A stretch of DNA of 64,000 nucleotides from Bacillota bacterium (GTDB taxonomy: Bacteria; Bacillota; Bacilli; Paenibacillales; NBRC-103111): contig JAEWMH010000080.1 of assembly GCA_023393235.1 (NCBI GenBank), positions 5,157-69,156 of the forward strand, written 5' to 3'. Positions within the stretch are counted from its first letter, which is position 1, and each line of letters starts with the position of its first letter. A model generated the notes under the pieces. It was given only the letters and a program-made list of their open reading frames with translations, searched no databases and was not told the DNA's origin. Below, piece after piece: positions 44,610 to 54,361 of the stretch. The position numbers and the translations under genes were made by a program.

Positions 44610-45998
44610 TTATTTGGAGTTGGCTTGCTTTTGCACCTGATCCAGCTTGTCGGTGACTTGTTTGGCGGTTGCGCCGCCGGAGATGAGCTTCTGGATTTGC
44701 GTTTCGGTTTCCTTATACACCTCGGACTGGATGGTGGAGTCGAAGTGGGAGAAGGCGCCTCCGGCCTTGTTCACAATATCCATGACCGACTTCACCAGCG
44801 GGTCCTGCACCTTGCCCAGAGCATCGGCAGACAGCTTCATGGACGGCAGCACACCATCCTCCAGGAGACCACGGAGCTGCATTTCATCATTGAACAGGTT
44901 CTTAATAAACGCCTTCACTGCTGTCAGCTCATTCGGCTTCAGGTTGGAGGAGAAGCCGTAGCCGTTGGCGTAGTTGCCGTTGATGAAGGTTTGGTTGCCC
45001 ATCCCGCCTGTTACGGGGGGCATGGAGAAGTACCCTACCTTGTTGGTCAGGTCCCCTGCCTGAGCCTGATCCTTAAACACGGAGGAGCGCCAGCTGCCAT
45101 CGAACATCATAGCCCCTTTGCCTGTCAGGAACTGGTTGAGCATTTCCGGGTATTCCATCCCCAGCTCACCTTTGGTGAAGTAACCCTTCTTGACCCATTC
45201 CTCATATTTGGAAAAAGCAGATACGACCTCAGGGGCATTCCATGCCTTTTTCCCGGTGGCAAAACCTTCAATGGAATCCGGTCCGGCATACCGGCCGATC
45301 AGGGTGTTCAGCAGCATGTTGGGTACCCATGCACCCTTGGAGCCCATAGCGAAGGGGGTTACACCCTTTTCCTTCAGCTTGGCCGCTGCCGACTCCAGCT
45401 CCTCCCAGGTGGCGGGTACCTTGATGCCATTTTGCTCGAACAGAGGTTTATTGTAGAAGAAGCCTTCCGTATTACCGCCGATGGGCAACCCGTAAACTTT
45501 GCCGTCCAGGGTAAACTGGTTCAGGTTGATGAACTTCGAATCGATGCCCAGCTCCTTCAGAATGGGAGTCAGGTCCAGGAGGCGTCCGGCCTTGGCATAC
45601 TTCAGCGCATCCCCCGCGCCGCCGAACAGGTCAAAAATCTTCGGCGGGTTGCCCGCCGCCATCTCCGCCGGAAGCTTAGTGAAGCGGTTCACCTGGTCCT
45701 CTACGCCGTCCAGCTGCAAAGTAAGACCGGGCACATCCTGCTGGGTCTTCTTCACCACATCATCCAGAATCGCCTTGCGGAACTTCTGGGCTTCGCCGAT
45801 CTGGATGTGGCGCAGGGAAACGGTAAAGGGCTCCGCTTTCGGCGCAGTGGAAGCTTGCGGCGAAGCCGTCGCGGCAGTGCTGGCGGCGGCAGTTGCAGCA
45901 GCGGATGGTGCAGCAGAGTCTTTGTCATCCCCACAACCGGCCAGTACCGCGGCAGAGGCGAGGACGGTGCTCAAGGCAAGCGTTACAGCTTTTTTCAT
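44610..45998 (-). CDS. extracellular solute-binding lipoprotein (family 1, sugar)
   Basis: Signal peptide with lipobox LAGCG and an Ala/Ser/Thr-rich linker. 462 aa. Confidence 0.88.
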   Translation of the reverse strand: MKKAVTLALSTVLASAAVLAGCGDDKDSAAPSAAATAAASTAATASPQASTAPKAEPFTVSLRHIQIGEAQKFRKAILDDVVKKTQQDVPGLTLQLDGVEDQVNRFTKLPAEMAAGNPPKIFDLFGGAGDALKYAKAGRLLDLTPILKELGIDSKFINLNQFTLDGKVYGLPIGGNTEGFFYNKPLFEQNGIKVPATWEELESAAAKLKEKGVTPFAMGSKGAWVPNMLLNTLIGRYAGPDSIEGFATGKKAWNAPEVVSAFSKYEEWVKKGYFTKGELGMEYPEMLNQFLTGKGAMMFDGSWRSSVFKDQAQAGDLTNKVGYFSMPPVTGGMGNQTFINGNYANGYGFSSNLKPNELTAVKAFIKNLFNDEMQLRGLLEDGVLPSMKLSADALGKVQDPLVKSVMDIVNKAGGAFSHFDSTIQSEVYKETETQIQKLISGGATAKQVTDKLDQVQKQANSK

Positions 45999-46198
45999 TG
46001 GACGGGACCTCCCATGTATCGTTCTATTGGATTACACCCTGATTATAATCCGGTGCGCCGAAGCCGGGCAGATTCACATTTCCATTATCAGGGGGCAAAA
46101 TCCTCTACAAGAATCCTGCCAAAAACGCCGGAGCCTCCCTTTGGGGCAGCTCTGGCGTCCGTTTACTCTAGGGCATGTTTGCAAACCCGCCCCAGCGC

Positions 46199-46528
46199 TC
46201 AGCTCTTGAAATCCCTCACATAGAAATACCCTGCGGATACAGCTCCCACCAGTGCGGTCACGGAAAAGCATAAAAGCAGCATCTGTCGGAAGTGCTCTGT
46301 ATTCTGCGGCACCAGCAGCACAAACAGGATGAGCATCCCCATCAAGGTACTGAACATCCGGTTGGTTACGTTCAGCCGGATTTTCACGCCGTACTCATCG
46401 GTTTTCCCGATTTTGCTAAAAAAATAGGTATAAGCAGCAGCACTCAGGAAAGCCACTGCCGCGGCCACTCCCACAAACAGGTTAAAGTTGCCGCTGATCT
46501 TGAGCCAATGGTCCAAATACTCAATCAT
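46199..46528 (-). CDS. small three-TM membrane protein
   Basis: 109 aa. Start overlaps the stop of the XRE gene (ATGA-type overlap). Confidence 0.6.
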   Translation of the reverse strand: MIEYLDHWLKISGNFNLFVGVAAAVAFLSAAAYTYFFSKIGKTDEYGVKIRLNVTNRMFSTLMGMLILFVLLVPQNTEHFRQMLLLCFSVTALVGAVSAGYFYVRDFKS

Positions 46529-46776
46529 GCTTCTCCTCCTCCTTTTTCGTAGGTAAACATATCCTCAATCCGCACTCCGAAAAAATCCGCAATGCGGTAA
46601 GCCAACAGAAGTGAGGGGGAATAGTTATTTTTCTCCATGACAAATATCGTTTGTTTGGACACCCCTACCGCCTGGGCCAGCTCACTTTGGGACAGCCGTC
46701 TCAACACACGGTACTCATACACTTTGTTTATAATGGAATCTGTGTTTTTTTCCAATTGTAAACCTCCCTCCACCAA
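46525..46776 (-). CDS. XRE-family HTH regulator (YozG-like short form)
   Basis: VYEYRVLRRLSQSELAQAVGVSKQTIFVMEKNNYSPSLLLAYRIADFFGV. Confidence 0.85.
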   Translation of the reverse strand: MVEGGLQLEKNTDSIINKVYEYRVLRRLSQSELAQAVGVSKQTIFVMEKNNYSPSLLLAYRIADFFGVRIEDMFTYEKGGGEA

Positions 46777-46794
46777 TATAATAAATTATAATTT

Positions 46795-46825
46795 AACAAA
46801 AGTAAAGTTTACTTATACTTTTGTT
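46795..46825. promoter_or_regulatory. inverted repeat AACAAAAGTA-N11-TACTTTTGTT upstream of the XRE gene (candidate operator)
   Basis: Perfect 10-bp arms, 19 nt upstream of the ORF start, next to a TATAAT on the minus strand. Confidence 0.4.
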
Positions 46826-46828
46826 GTT

Positions 46829-47014
46829 CCTTACGGACCGAGAGGGCGCTATTTTGCCAAAATGCAGCTTTCTAATCCTTTCGCGGACACACGGTACGCT
46901 ATTTCCTCTTAGTTCCCTCCAAACCCCCATTTTTTCATCGAATAACGGCTCCTGTGTCCGCCAAAATGGAGAAACGCCGGATTTCAGTAAAATAACGCCC
47001 CCTGTGTCCGTTAG
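46829..47014. repeat. nested-palindrome intergenic repeat, copy G
   Basis: ccttacggaccgagagggcgctattttgcc, gcggacacacggtacgctatttcc, then gaataacggctcctgtgtccgcc and aaataacgccccctgtgtccgttag. Confidence 0.8.
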
Positions 47015-47189
47015 CTCGGCGATGGTTGGCAGGCTATGTAGGCTGCTCCAAACAAAAAGGACTTCCGCCCCAATTTCAGGCTGAAATCCTCAAAGATAGC
47101 TTCACTATGGTTTCATGATTCATGATGGCTTAGCTTACAAATGGCCACTACGGATAACCGTCCGGCCCAAGCTGCCGCGCAAGCTTCCC

Positions 47190-47660
47190 TTACTTGTCTT
47201 CCTGCGGCTGCTTCATAAGGATCTGGGTGAGCTCCTTCATGAACATATTGATGTCCTTGAATTGGCGGTATACGGAAGCGAAGCGCACATACGCCACCTC
47301 GTCCACCGGATACAGCTCCTGCATCACCAGTTCGCCTATATTGCGGCTTTCCACCTCCGCCTGGGCCGTGGTGCGGAGCTGTTTTTCCACCTCGGAGACC
47401 AGCGCTTCCAGCTGTTCCACGGAAACGGGGCGCTTCTCGCAGGCCCGGATTAGTCCGCGCATCACCTTCTCGCGGCTGAATTCCTCGCGGCTGCCGTCTT
47501 TTTTAATTACCATCAACGGGGTTTCCTCCACCATCTCGAAGGTGGTGAACCGTTTTCCGCATTTTTCGCATTCCCTGCGGCGGCGGATGGATTTGTTTTC
47601 GTTGGCCGCCCGGGAATCCAGCACCTTGGTGCCCGCATAATCGCAATAAGGACATTTCAT
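47190..47660 (-). CDS. nrdR: transcriptional repressor NrdR (zinc ribbon + ATP-cone)
   Basis: [17 protein letters not shown]...[17 protein letters not shown]. Confidence 0.95.
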   Translation of the reverse strand: MKCPYCDYAGTKVLDSRAANENKSIRRRRECEKCGKRFTTFEMVEETPLMVIKKDGSREEFSREKVMRGLIRACEKRPVSVEQLEALVSEVEKQLRTTAQAEVESRNIGELVMQELYPVDEVAYVRFASVYRQFKDINMFMKELTQILMKQPQEDK

Positions 47661-47842
47661 TGTTTTTGTTCCTCCCGGTTCTTCGCAGTTTACAATCCGC
47701 TAGTTAGGCGTGTCTGAAAAATCGCTGAAATCTGCACCCCTTGGAGCCTTCAGACACGCCCTGTTTTCCAGCGGTTCCCTTGATTGAAGCCGCGGTCTTC
47801 GACACACAATAGCATTACCAACCGACAAGGAGGTGAACACAC

Positions 47843-48061
47843 ATGGGCGCAGGACAATCCCGCAACAGCAACACTCTGGTAGTTCCTCAAGCTAACCAAG
47901 CTCTGGATCAACTGAAATATGAAGTGGCTCAAGAGCTGGGTATCGCCATTCCGCAAGACGGATACTATGGCAACATGGCTACACGCGACACCGGCGCAAT
48001 TGGTGGCCACATCACACGCCGTCTGGTACAAATCGCCGAACAAACTCTTTCCGGAAAATAA
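47843..48061 (+). CDS. alpha/beta-type small acid-soluble spore protein
   Basis: LDQLKYEVAQELGI ... GAIGGHITRRLVQIAEQ. 72 aa. RBS AAGGAGGTG. Confidence 0.92.
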   Translation: MGAGQSRNSNTLVVPQANQALDQLKYEVAQELGIAIPQDGYYGNMATRDTGAIGGHITRRLVQIAEQTLSGK

Positions 48062-48094
48062 TGCAATAACGGCTTTATTGTAAAGCCCGGAGAC

Positions 48095-48142
48095 GCACCG
48101 GAGGTCCTTCCCCACAAGGAAGCGGCTTCCGGTGCTTCTTCC
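48095..48142 (+). terminator. hairpin terminator between the convergent SASP and SLT genes
   Basis: GCACCGGAGG..GGAAGCGGCTTCCGGTGC followed by TTCTT. Confidence 0.5.
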
Positions 48143-48156
48143 GGTTATCCCCGCGC

Positions 48157-48714
48157 TTACTCATACAGCTCCTGGTACTTATGGTAATAATACATCACCT
48201 TGCGGACATAACGGCTTGTCTCTCCGAAGGGGATCGCATCGACTGTTTGCAGAGTGCCGTCCCAAATCCCTTTTTCCAGCCAATCCGAAACATTCGCCGG
48301 TCCCGCATTATACGAGGCGACCGCCTTCACCACATCCTGGTCATGCTTCTTTAGCATCATGGCCAAATACCAGGTGCCCACCCGGATGTTGACCTCCGGC
48401 TCCTCCATATCCTTTAACGACAGCCCCTCAAATTCCCGCTCCTGCAAAATGGACTTGGCGGTAGGCGGCATAATCTGCATCATGCCCACTGCACCCTTGT
48501 AGGATTCCGCATTGGGACGGTAATTGGTTTCCACCCGGATCACCGCCGCGATCAAACGCGGATCCAGCTGTGCCTCGGCGGCAGCCTGGTCGATTTCCTC
48601 CCGGTACATAATGGGATAAATCAGCCTGCCCAGCCATTCGCTCCGGTAGAATAAAACCAGGACCAGCAGGAGCAGCACCAGGGCGAACCAGCGCTTCTTT
48701 TGCCTGCTTCTCAT
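48157..48714 (-). CDS. lytic transglycosylase (SLT domain) with N-terminal membrane anchor
   Basis: VIRVETNY...ESYKGAVGMMQIMPPTA ... AYNAGPANV. Confidence 0.88.
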   Translation of the reverse strand: MRSRQKKRWFALVLLLLVLVLFYRSEWLGRLIYPIMYREEIDQAAAEAQLDPRLIAAVIRVETNYRPNAESYKGAVGMMQIMPPTAKSILQEREFEGLSLKDMEEPEVNIRVGTWYLAMMLKKHDQDVVKAVASYNAGPANVSDWLEKGIWDGTLQTVDAIPFGETSRYVRKVMYYYHKYQELYE

Positions 48715-49307
48715 GCCAGCCCCTTCTTGCGCAGGTATTGCTCCACCTGCCGTTCCGTCTCCTCCGGCGTCCCGCTGTTGTCAATAACCACGTCCGCCCA
48801 TTCCTTCTTCCACTCCAGGGGCATCTGCGCATCAATCCGCTGCTCCGCTTCCTCCCCGTTTAAACCGTCCCGCTGCCCAAGCCGCTCCAATTGGATTTCC
48901 CTGTCGGCAGCTACCACCAACACTTCCTGGAACATATCCTCCATCTGCGCTTCATACAAAAGCGGCACATCCGCCACCACCAGCTTGTCCGGCTGAAGGC
49001 GCTCCGCCTCCGCCATACGCTCCTGCAGCAGCTGGATAATGGCAGGATGCAGCAGCTCCTCCAGTCGTTTGCGTTTGGCGTCGTTCTCAAACACAACCTT
49101 GCCCAGCTGCTTGCGGTTAAGCGTCCCATCCCCGTTGAGCATGTCCGGTCCGAAGACCCGGACCACCTCCGCAAGCGCCGGGGCACCGGGCTCCACAACC
49201 TCCCGGGCCAGGATATCCGCATCGATGACGATGGCTCCCCGGGAGGCCAGCAGCCGGGATACTGTACTTTTTCCGCAGGCGATGCCTCCGGTTAATCCGA
49301 TATTCAT
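48711..49307 (-). CDS. coaE: dephospho-CoA kinase
   Basis: MNIGLTGGIACGKST. 198 aa. Synteny with mutM/ytaF. Confidence 0.93.
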   Translation of the reverse strand: MNIGLTGGIACGKSTVSRLLASRGAIVIDADILAREVVEPGAPALAEVVRVFGPDMLNGDGTLNRKQLGKVVFENDAKRKRLEELLHPAIIQLLQERMAEAERLQPDKLVVADVPLLYEAQMEDMFQEVLVVAADREIQLERLGQRDGLNGEEAEQRIDAQMPLEWKKEWADVVIDNSGTPEETERQVEQYLRKKGLA

Positions 49308-49371
49308 AAGGTACGCACTCCCGTTAATTCTAATCTTGCCTTAAGCCTGTTGACTTCCATCACTTATATAC

Positions 49372-50079
49372 TTACATCAGCCTGAATATCCCCATCAGCA
49401 TCAGGATGCAGCCGGGCAGAACCGATAATTTTCTGATCCATTGAACATTGGAATACATAAAGCCGAAGCGCAGCCCGCCCAGAATGAAGCTCCCTGAGGC
49501 TACAGCTATAACGGCAGAGGTCAAAAGCGGCGTATAGCCGATAAAAGCAGCGCCGATCCCCGCCCCGAAGGCATCCAGGGACAAAGCCAAGCCCAGCCAT
49601 GCCGCCTCCATGGCGGAAATCACGCCGGAGCGGTCCAAATCCGCGGCAGAGGGGGTTCGCAAAATCTGGATCACCAGCCCCAGCCGTTTCAGCTCAATAG
49701 ACAGCACCCGTGCTTCCTGTCTGTTGTTCTCCTGCTGCTCCTGTTTCCCTACTGGAACTGTCCCAGCGGCGACGGCCGAAGACTGGGCTTCCTCCGTCCC
49801 TTCGTCTTCCCCGTTTCTTCTCATCTGAATAACTGCCCAGAAGCCCAATCCGATGAGAATAACGGCGCCGGCGGTTTTGGCGACACTCTCCGGAATATAC
49901 GCAGTGGCGGCCACCCCGATCTGCATCGCGGCAAAAAACACCAGCCCGGACATCACCGCAATAATCAGGACGGAGATAACCGGTATTTTGATTTTGCGCA
50001 GACCATACATAGCTCCTACTCCGAAACCGTCCAAACTGACTGCCAATGCCAACGCCAACAGGGATACCAAATGCGGCAC
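49372..50079 (-). CDS. ytaF: sporulation membrane protein YtaF (MntP-like fold)
   Basis: ORF to 50208. Preferred GTG at 50079 behind GGGAGGGG (VPHLVSLLALALAVSLDGFGVG). Repeated LSLDAFGAG half. Confidence 0.8.
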   Translation of the reverse strand: MPHLVSLLALALAVSLDGFGVGAMYGLRKIKIPVISVLIIAVMSGLVFFAAMQIGVAATAYIPESVAKTAGAVILIGLGFWAVIQMRRNGEDEGTEEAQSSAVAAGTVPVGKQEQQENNRQEARVLSIELKRLGLVIQILRTPSAADLDRSGVISAMEAAWLGLALSLDAFGAGIGAAFIGYTPLLTSAVIAVASGSFILGGLRFGFMYSNVQWIRKLSVLPGCILMLMGIFRLM

Positions 50080-50226
50080 CGTAAACCCCTCCCAAGCCGT
50101 TAAGATAGTGGCTGCATTCCTCTGTGATATGCAGATCACTCTCATCTTATGGTTTAGGCTTGGCCCTGGTGCGCGGCTTTGGATAACCGCCCCTCCGGAA
50201 TCTTCCACCTGCTTCCAGCAGGAGCT

Positions 50227-51111
50227 TTATTCCTCTTTGGTTGGTTGCCCCTTGCTGCGGCGCAGCTTCTTCATCCGCCGTGTCACTTCCGGCTGGCAAT
50301 GGGGGCAATAATGGGTGCCCCGCCCCGCCAGCACCGTCTTCTCAATCGGCCTGCCGCAATGGCCGCAAGGCTCGTTCTTACGCCCGTAGGCCTTCAGCTG
50401 GTGCTGGAACATCCCCATCTCGCCCTGTCCGTTCACATAGGACTTGATAGAGGAGCCCCCGGCTTGCACCGATTCGGCCAGGGTGTCCACAATCGCCCGG
50501 TGCAGCCGCTTCAGTTCCGCGGGCGACAGGCTGTCCGCCGTTCTCGCCGGATGGATGCCTGCCGTGAACAGGGCTTCGTCGGCATAAATATTGCCTATGC
50601 CCACAATGACCTCCTGGTTTAGGAGGAGAGGTTTGATTTTAGTGGACCGGCGGGCAATCCGGGCGGTGAAGGCCGCCAGCGTAAACGCCGGGTCCAGGGG
50701 CTCCAGCCCCAGCTTATGCAGCGGGGGACTCACCCACTCCTCTCCTGTCCGGAACAGGTGCATGGTGCCGAACTGGCGAACATCCTTGTAGCGCAGATCC
50801 GTCCCGTCGGTAAAATGGAACAGCACATGGGTGTGCAGCTCCCGGGGCGCTTCCGCCGGATAGACGCCATACCGCCCCTCCATCCGCAGATGGGAGACCA
50901 GCACCAGGTCATCCAGCAGGAAGCGGAGGAACTTCCCTCTCCGCTCCACATCTCGGATGGTCTGCCCCTCCAGAAGCCGGGCGAACTCCTCCGGCTCCCC
51001 GGGCAGACGGATGATCCGCGGCAGCTCCACGGAGACGGAAGCGATGGTTTTTCCTTTGACCAGCATTTGCAGTGTGCGCTTGACCGTTTCCACCTCTGGC
51101 AGCTCCGGCAT
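50227..51111 (-). CDS. mutM: formamidopyrimidine-DNA glycosylase
   Basis: MPELPEVETV N-terminus. C-terminal zinc finger CGHCGRPI...YCPHCQ. Confidence 0.95.
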   Translation of the reverse strand: MPELPEVETVKRTLQMLVKGKTIASVSVELPRIIRLPGEPEEFARLLEGQTIRDVERRGKFLRFLLDDLVLVSHLRMEGRYGVYPAEAPRELHTHVLFHFTDGTDLRYKDVRQFGTMHLFRTGEEWVSPPLHKLGLEPLDPAFTLAAFTARIARRSTKIKPLLLNQEVIVGIGNIYADEALFTAGIHPARTADSLSPAELKRLHRAIVDTLAESVQAGGSSIKSYVNGQGEMGMFQHQLKAYGRKNEPCGHCGRPIEKTVLAGRGTHYCPHCQPEVTRRMKKLRRSKGQPTKEE

Positions 51112-51152
51112 CCTGTGATTCCTCCTCGCTATTGGTTGGGGGTTATCCCCGT

Positions 51153-53828
51153 TTATTTCGCTTCGTACCAGTTCTCGCCTTCGTTCACATCTGCCTTCAG
51201 CGGCACCTTCAGCTCCAGCGCCGACTCCATCACCTCAGGGACCAGCTTGCGCATCACAGGCAGCTCCTCCTCCGGCACTTCAAAAACAAGTTCGTCATGC
51301 ACCTGGAGAAGCATCCGGCTCTGCAGCTTCTCTTCCTCCAGCCGCTCGGCCATCCGAACCATGGCCAGCTTAATGATATCCGCCGCGGTGCCCTGGATAG
51401 GCGTGTTCATGGCTGTCCGCTCCGCGAAGGAGCGCAGGTTGTAATTGGAGGCGTTGATCTCCGGCAGATACCGGCGGCGGGCCAGCAGGGTGGTCACATA
51501 ACCGTCCCGCTTGGCCTGTTTGATAATCTCATCCATATACCGGCGGACGCCGGGGAAGGTGGACAGATAGGTTTCGATGAAACGGTCCGCCTCGATCCGG
51601 CCGATGTCCAGGTTCTGGGACAGGCCGTAGGAGCTGATCCCGTAGACGATCCCGAAGTTCACCGCTTTGGCCTGGCGCCGCATATTGGACGTCACCTGGT
51701 CGGCGGTAACGCCGAATACGTCCATGGCGGTTTTGGTGTGGATGTCCATATTGTGAATGAAGGCGTCCATCAGCTTCTCGTCTCCGGAAATATGGGCCAG
51801 CACCCGCAGCTCAATCTGGGAATAGTCCGCCGCCAGAATGCGCCAGCCAGGCTCGGAGGGAACGAAGGCCTTGCGGATTTTGCGTCCTTCCTCCAGTCGG
51901 ATGGGGATGTTCTGGAGGTTGGGAAACTGGCTGGAAAGCCGGCCCGTAGCGGCGATGGTTTGACGGAAATAGGTGTGAATCTTACCGGTTGACCGACGGA
52001 TTTCCTTCAAGAGCCCCTCCACGTAAGTGGACTGAAGCTTGGCCAAGGTACGGTAGTCCAAAATGTAACGGACTACCTCATGCTTGGAGCTGAGCTTCTC
52101 CAGCACATCGGCATCGGTGGAGAAGCCGGTTTTGTTCTTCTTTACACCTGCGGTGGACAAGCCCAGCCGCTCAAACAGCACCTCGCCCAGCTGCTTGGGG
52201 GAGTTCAGGTTGAAGGGCCCTCCGGCCAGCTCATAGATGCGCTCGATGAGCTCCTGCAGCTGGGAGGCAAATTCCGCTCCCAGCTCCTTCAAATTATCCG
52301 CATCCGTGCGGATCCCCTGCTTCTCCATACCGGCCAGCACACCGGAGAGGGGATGCTCCAGCTCATAATAAAGCTTGTTCATCTCCAGACGCTTCAGCTC
52401 GGCTTGAAGTCTGCCGGCCAGGCCGTGTACAGCCGCCGCCTTGCGGCAGAGATGTGCCGCCACCTTGTCCTCCTCGGGCAAATGGTACTTGGCGCCTTTG
52501 CCGAAAATCTGCTCGTCCTCCTGGATAGAGGGCTGCCCGTATTTGGCCGCCAGGGCATGAAGGGTCAGCGTGGATTCCGTAGGGTCCAGGAGATACGCGG
52601 CCAGATGGACGTCGAAGGTGAAGCCTGCCACCGGAATGCCTGCCCAATGAAGCGCAAGCTCCGCCCGGTGCAGATCGAAGATGCTCTTTTCTGCGGCGGG
52701 ATCGGCCAGCCACTTGCGCAGGAAGTCCGCCTCCGCAGATTGAAGAACGGCAAACGGCGCATAGAATCCGAAGCCCTCTTTATGGTAAAAAGCAGCTCCC
52801 ACAACGGAGGCCAGATGGGGATTATCCCCGTATACCTCCACATGGACAGCCGAAATGCCGTCCAGCACATCCTTCAGCTCTACCAGGGTTTCTGCGGTGA
52901 GCACGGTCGCCTTCAGCTCCACAGCAGCAGCTCCGCTTTCCCCGGTGGCCTCCGGCTGTGGAGTCCCGGAGAGATCCAGCTTCTCAAGCAGAGATTTGAA
53001 CTCCAGCTTGCGGAAGGCTGCTGCCAACGTGGTGGCATCGCTGCCCGTATAACCCATGGCGTCCCAATCCAGCTCCATGGGCACCTCGCGGAAGATGGTA
53101 GCCAGTTCCTTGCTCATGCGGGCGCTGTCCGCATTTTCCTTGACCTTCTCCTTCATCTTGCCGGTGAGCTCGTCCGCGTGGGCAAGAACCTCCTCCACAC
53201 TCCCGTATTGATGGAGGAATTTCAGAGCGGTTTTTTCGCCGACGCCGGGGATGCCGGGGATATTATCCGAGGAATCCCCCATCAGCCCCTTCAGATCGAT
53301 AATCTGCTTGGGGGTCAGGCCGTATTTCTCCTTGATTTCCTCCGGCCCGTACAGCTCCATCTCACTGATCCCCTTGCGGGTCAGGGCGATGGTCACCTGC
53401 TCGGTGGCCAACTGCAGCATATCCTTATCCCCTGTGACCACCATAACCTCCATTCCGGGAAGCTCCGCTGCGGCCAAGGTCAGGGTGCCGATAATATCGT
53501 CGGCCTCATACCCCTCCAGCTCGAATTTGCGGATGCCGAAGGCCTCCAGCATGTCCCGGATCAGCGGGAATTGCTCGGACAGCTCCGGCGGGGTTTTGAG
53601 CCGGCCACCCTTGTATTCGGCATAATCCTTATGCCGGAAGGTGACCTTTCCCGCGTCGAAGGCCACCAGGAAATGGGTGGGCTTGTGGTCCTCCAGCAGC
53701 TTAAGCAGCATGGTGGTAAAGCCGAACACCGCATTGGTGTGCAGGCCTTGGGAATTGGAAAGCAGGGGCAGCGCGTAGAACGCCCGGCTGGAAATACTGT
53801 TGCCGTCTATAATAATCAATTTGGACAT
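51153..53828 (-). CDS. polA: DNA polymerase I
   Basis: 5' nuclease N-terminus MSKLIIIDGNS. Pol motifs ADYSQIELRVLAH, RRQAKAVNFGIVYG, QVHDELVFE. Preferred ATG at 53828. Confidence 0.95.
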   Translation of the reverse strand: MSKLIIIDGNSISSRAFYALPLLSNSQGLHTNAVFGFTTMLLKLLEDHKPTHFLVAFDAGKVTFRHKDYAEYKGGRLKTPPELSEQFPLIRDMLEAFGIRKFELEGYEADDIIGTLTLAAAELPGMEVMVVTGDKDMLQLATEQVTIALTRKGISEMELYGPEEIKEKYGLTPKQIIDLKGLMGDSSDNIPGIPGVGEKTALKFLHQYGSVEEVLAHADELTGKMKEKVKENADSARMSKELATIFREVPMELDWDAMGYTGSDATTLAAAFRKLEFKSLLEKLDLSGTPQPEATGESGAAAVELKATVLTAETLVELKDVLDGISAVHVEVYGDNPHLASVVGAAFYHKEGFGFYAPFAVLQSAEADFLRKWLADPAAEKSIFDLHRAELALHWAGIPVAGFTFDVHLAAYLLDPTESTLTLHALAAKYGQPSIQEDEQIFGKGAKYHLPEEDKVAAHLCRKAAAVHGLAGRLQAELKRLEMNKLYYELEHPLSGVLAGMEKQGIRTDADNLKELGAEFASQLQELIERIYELAGGPFNLNSPKQLGEVLFERLGLSTAGVKKNKTGFSTDADVLEKLSSKHEVVRYILDYRTLAKLQSTYVEGLLKEIRRSTGKIHTYFRQTIAATGRLSSQFPNLQNIPIRLEEGRKIRKAFVPSEPGWRILAADYSQIELRVLAHISGDEKLMDAFIHNMDIHTKTAMDVFGVTADQVTSNMRRQAKAVNFGIVYGISSYGLSQNLDIGRIEADRFIETYLSTFPGVRRYMDEIIKQAKRDGYVTTLLARRRYLPEINASNYNLRSFAERTAMNTPIQGTAADIIKLAMVRMAERLEEEKLQSRMLLQVHDELVFEVPEEELPVMRKLVPEVMESALELKVPLKADVNEGENWYEAK

Positions 53829-54015
53829 CGCTTTGTGAACACCTCGTTCTGGCAGATTGGGTGCGGGCCGCATATATGCCTGCGTCCGGAAAAGTACAGT
53901 TCTTGCTTGCTTATCCTATCATACCAAAAAAAGAGTCCTGTCGAAACCGCGGCCTGTCCGGAAGCTGCATTATAGCGGAAGGAGCAGGTGCACGCAAATG
54001 CTCCGCCAATCCACC

Positions 54016-54210
54016 CACGTATGATAGCGCTCATCACATGTATGCTATCCGCGAAAAAGTGCCGGTTTTCCCCAAATAGCATACATGTTTTGTATCCTAT
54101 TGCCTCCAAAACCGCTCCCGGAGCCCCTCAAAAATCGAATCGCATACATTTTATGTACGCTATCCACGCCAAAACCCCGCTCCCCGCCAATTAGCATACT
54201 TTTTATGGCG
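54016..54210. repeat. divergent relative of the intergenic repeat family (two successive hairpins, ATGTATGCTAT arms)
   Basis: ACATGTATGCTAT (54036..54048) / ATAGCATACATGT (54076..54088) is a perfect 13-bp inverted repeat. A second imperfect pair is at 54141..54210. Shares the GCTAT..G / C..ATAGC core. Confidence 0.55.
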
Positions 54211-54361
54211 CTTACATCTGTGTGTCGGCCGAATCTTTGGGAACAGTCCCCAAACTTTACACCCTCTTGACCATTCCCGGCATGCCGCTTAACGGACGGA
54301 AGCTACAATAAGGGCAGCACCGCACATCTGCATCACCCCTATCCAAAGGAGATGAACCTCC

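Noticed and set aside
36980-46200. A GC-rich block (sugar ABC, two-component system, GH3) as a possible horizontally acquired island.
   Set aside because: GC is visibly higher than in neighbouring regions. However, the content is an ordinary Paenibacillus-type carbohydrate cluster, there are no mobility genes, and the borders coincide with the common intergenic repeats. The evidence is insufficient without genome-wide statistics.
44625-46223. 532-aa plus-strand ORF.
   Set aside because: It is exactly antisense to the solute-binding protein gene in a GC-rich region. Its composition is Arg/Gly/Leu/His-rich with low complexity, and it has no RBS. I read it as a typical shadow ORF.
47780-47842. 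A forespore (sigma-G/F) promoter upstream of the SASP gene.
   Set aside because: Only a weak CACAATA -10-like element and a poor -35 could be read. One is biologically expected, but I cannot place it reliably by eye.
47750-48115. 121-aa minus-strand ORF.
   Set aside because: It is antisense to the alpha/beta SASP gene, which has a perfect family signature and a strong RBS.
52080-53975. 631-aa plus-strand ORF.
   Set aside because: It is antisense to polA, whose protein has unmistakable polymerase motifs. The antisense product is Leu/Gly/Gln-rich with no motifs.
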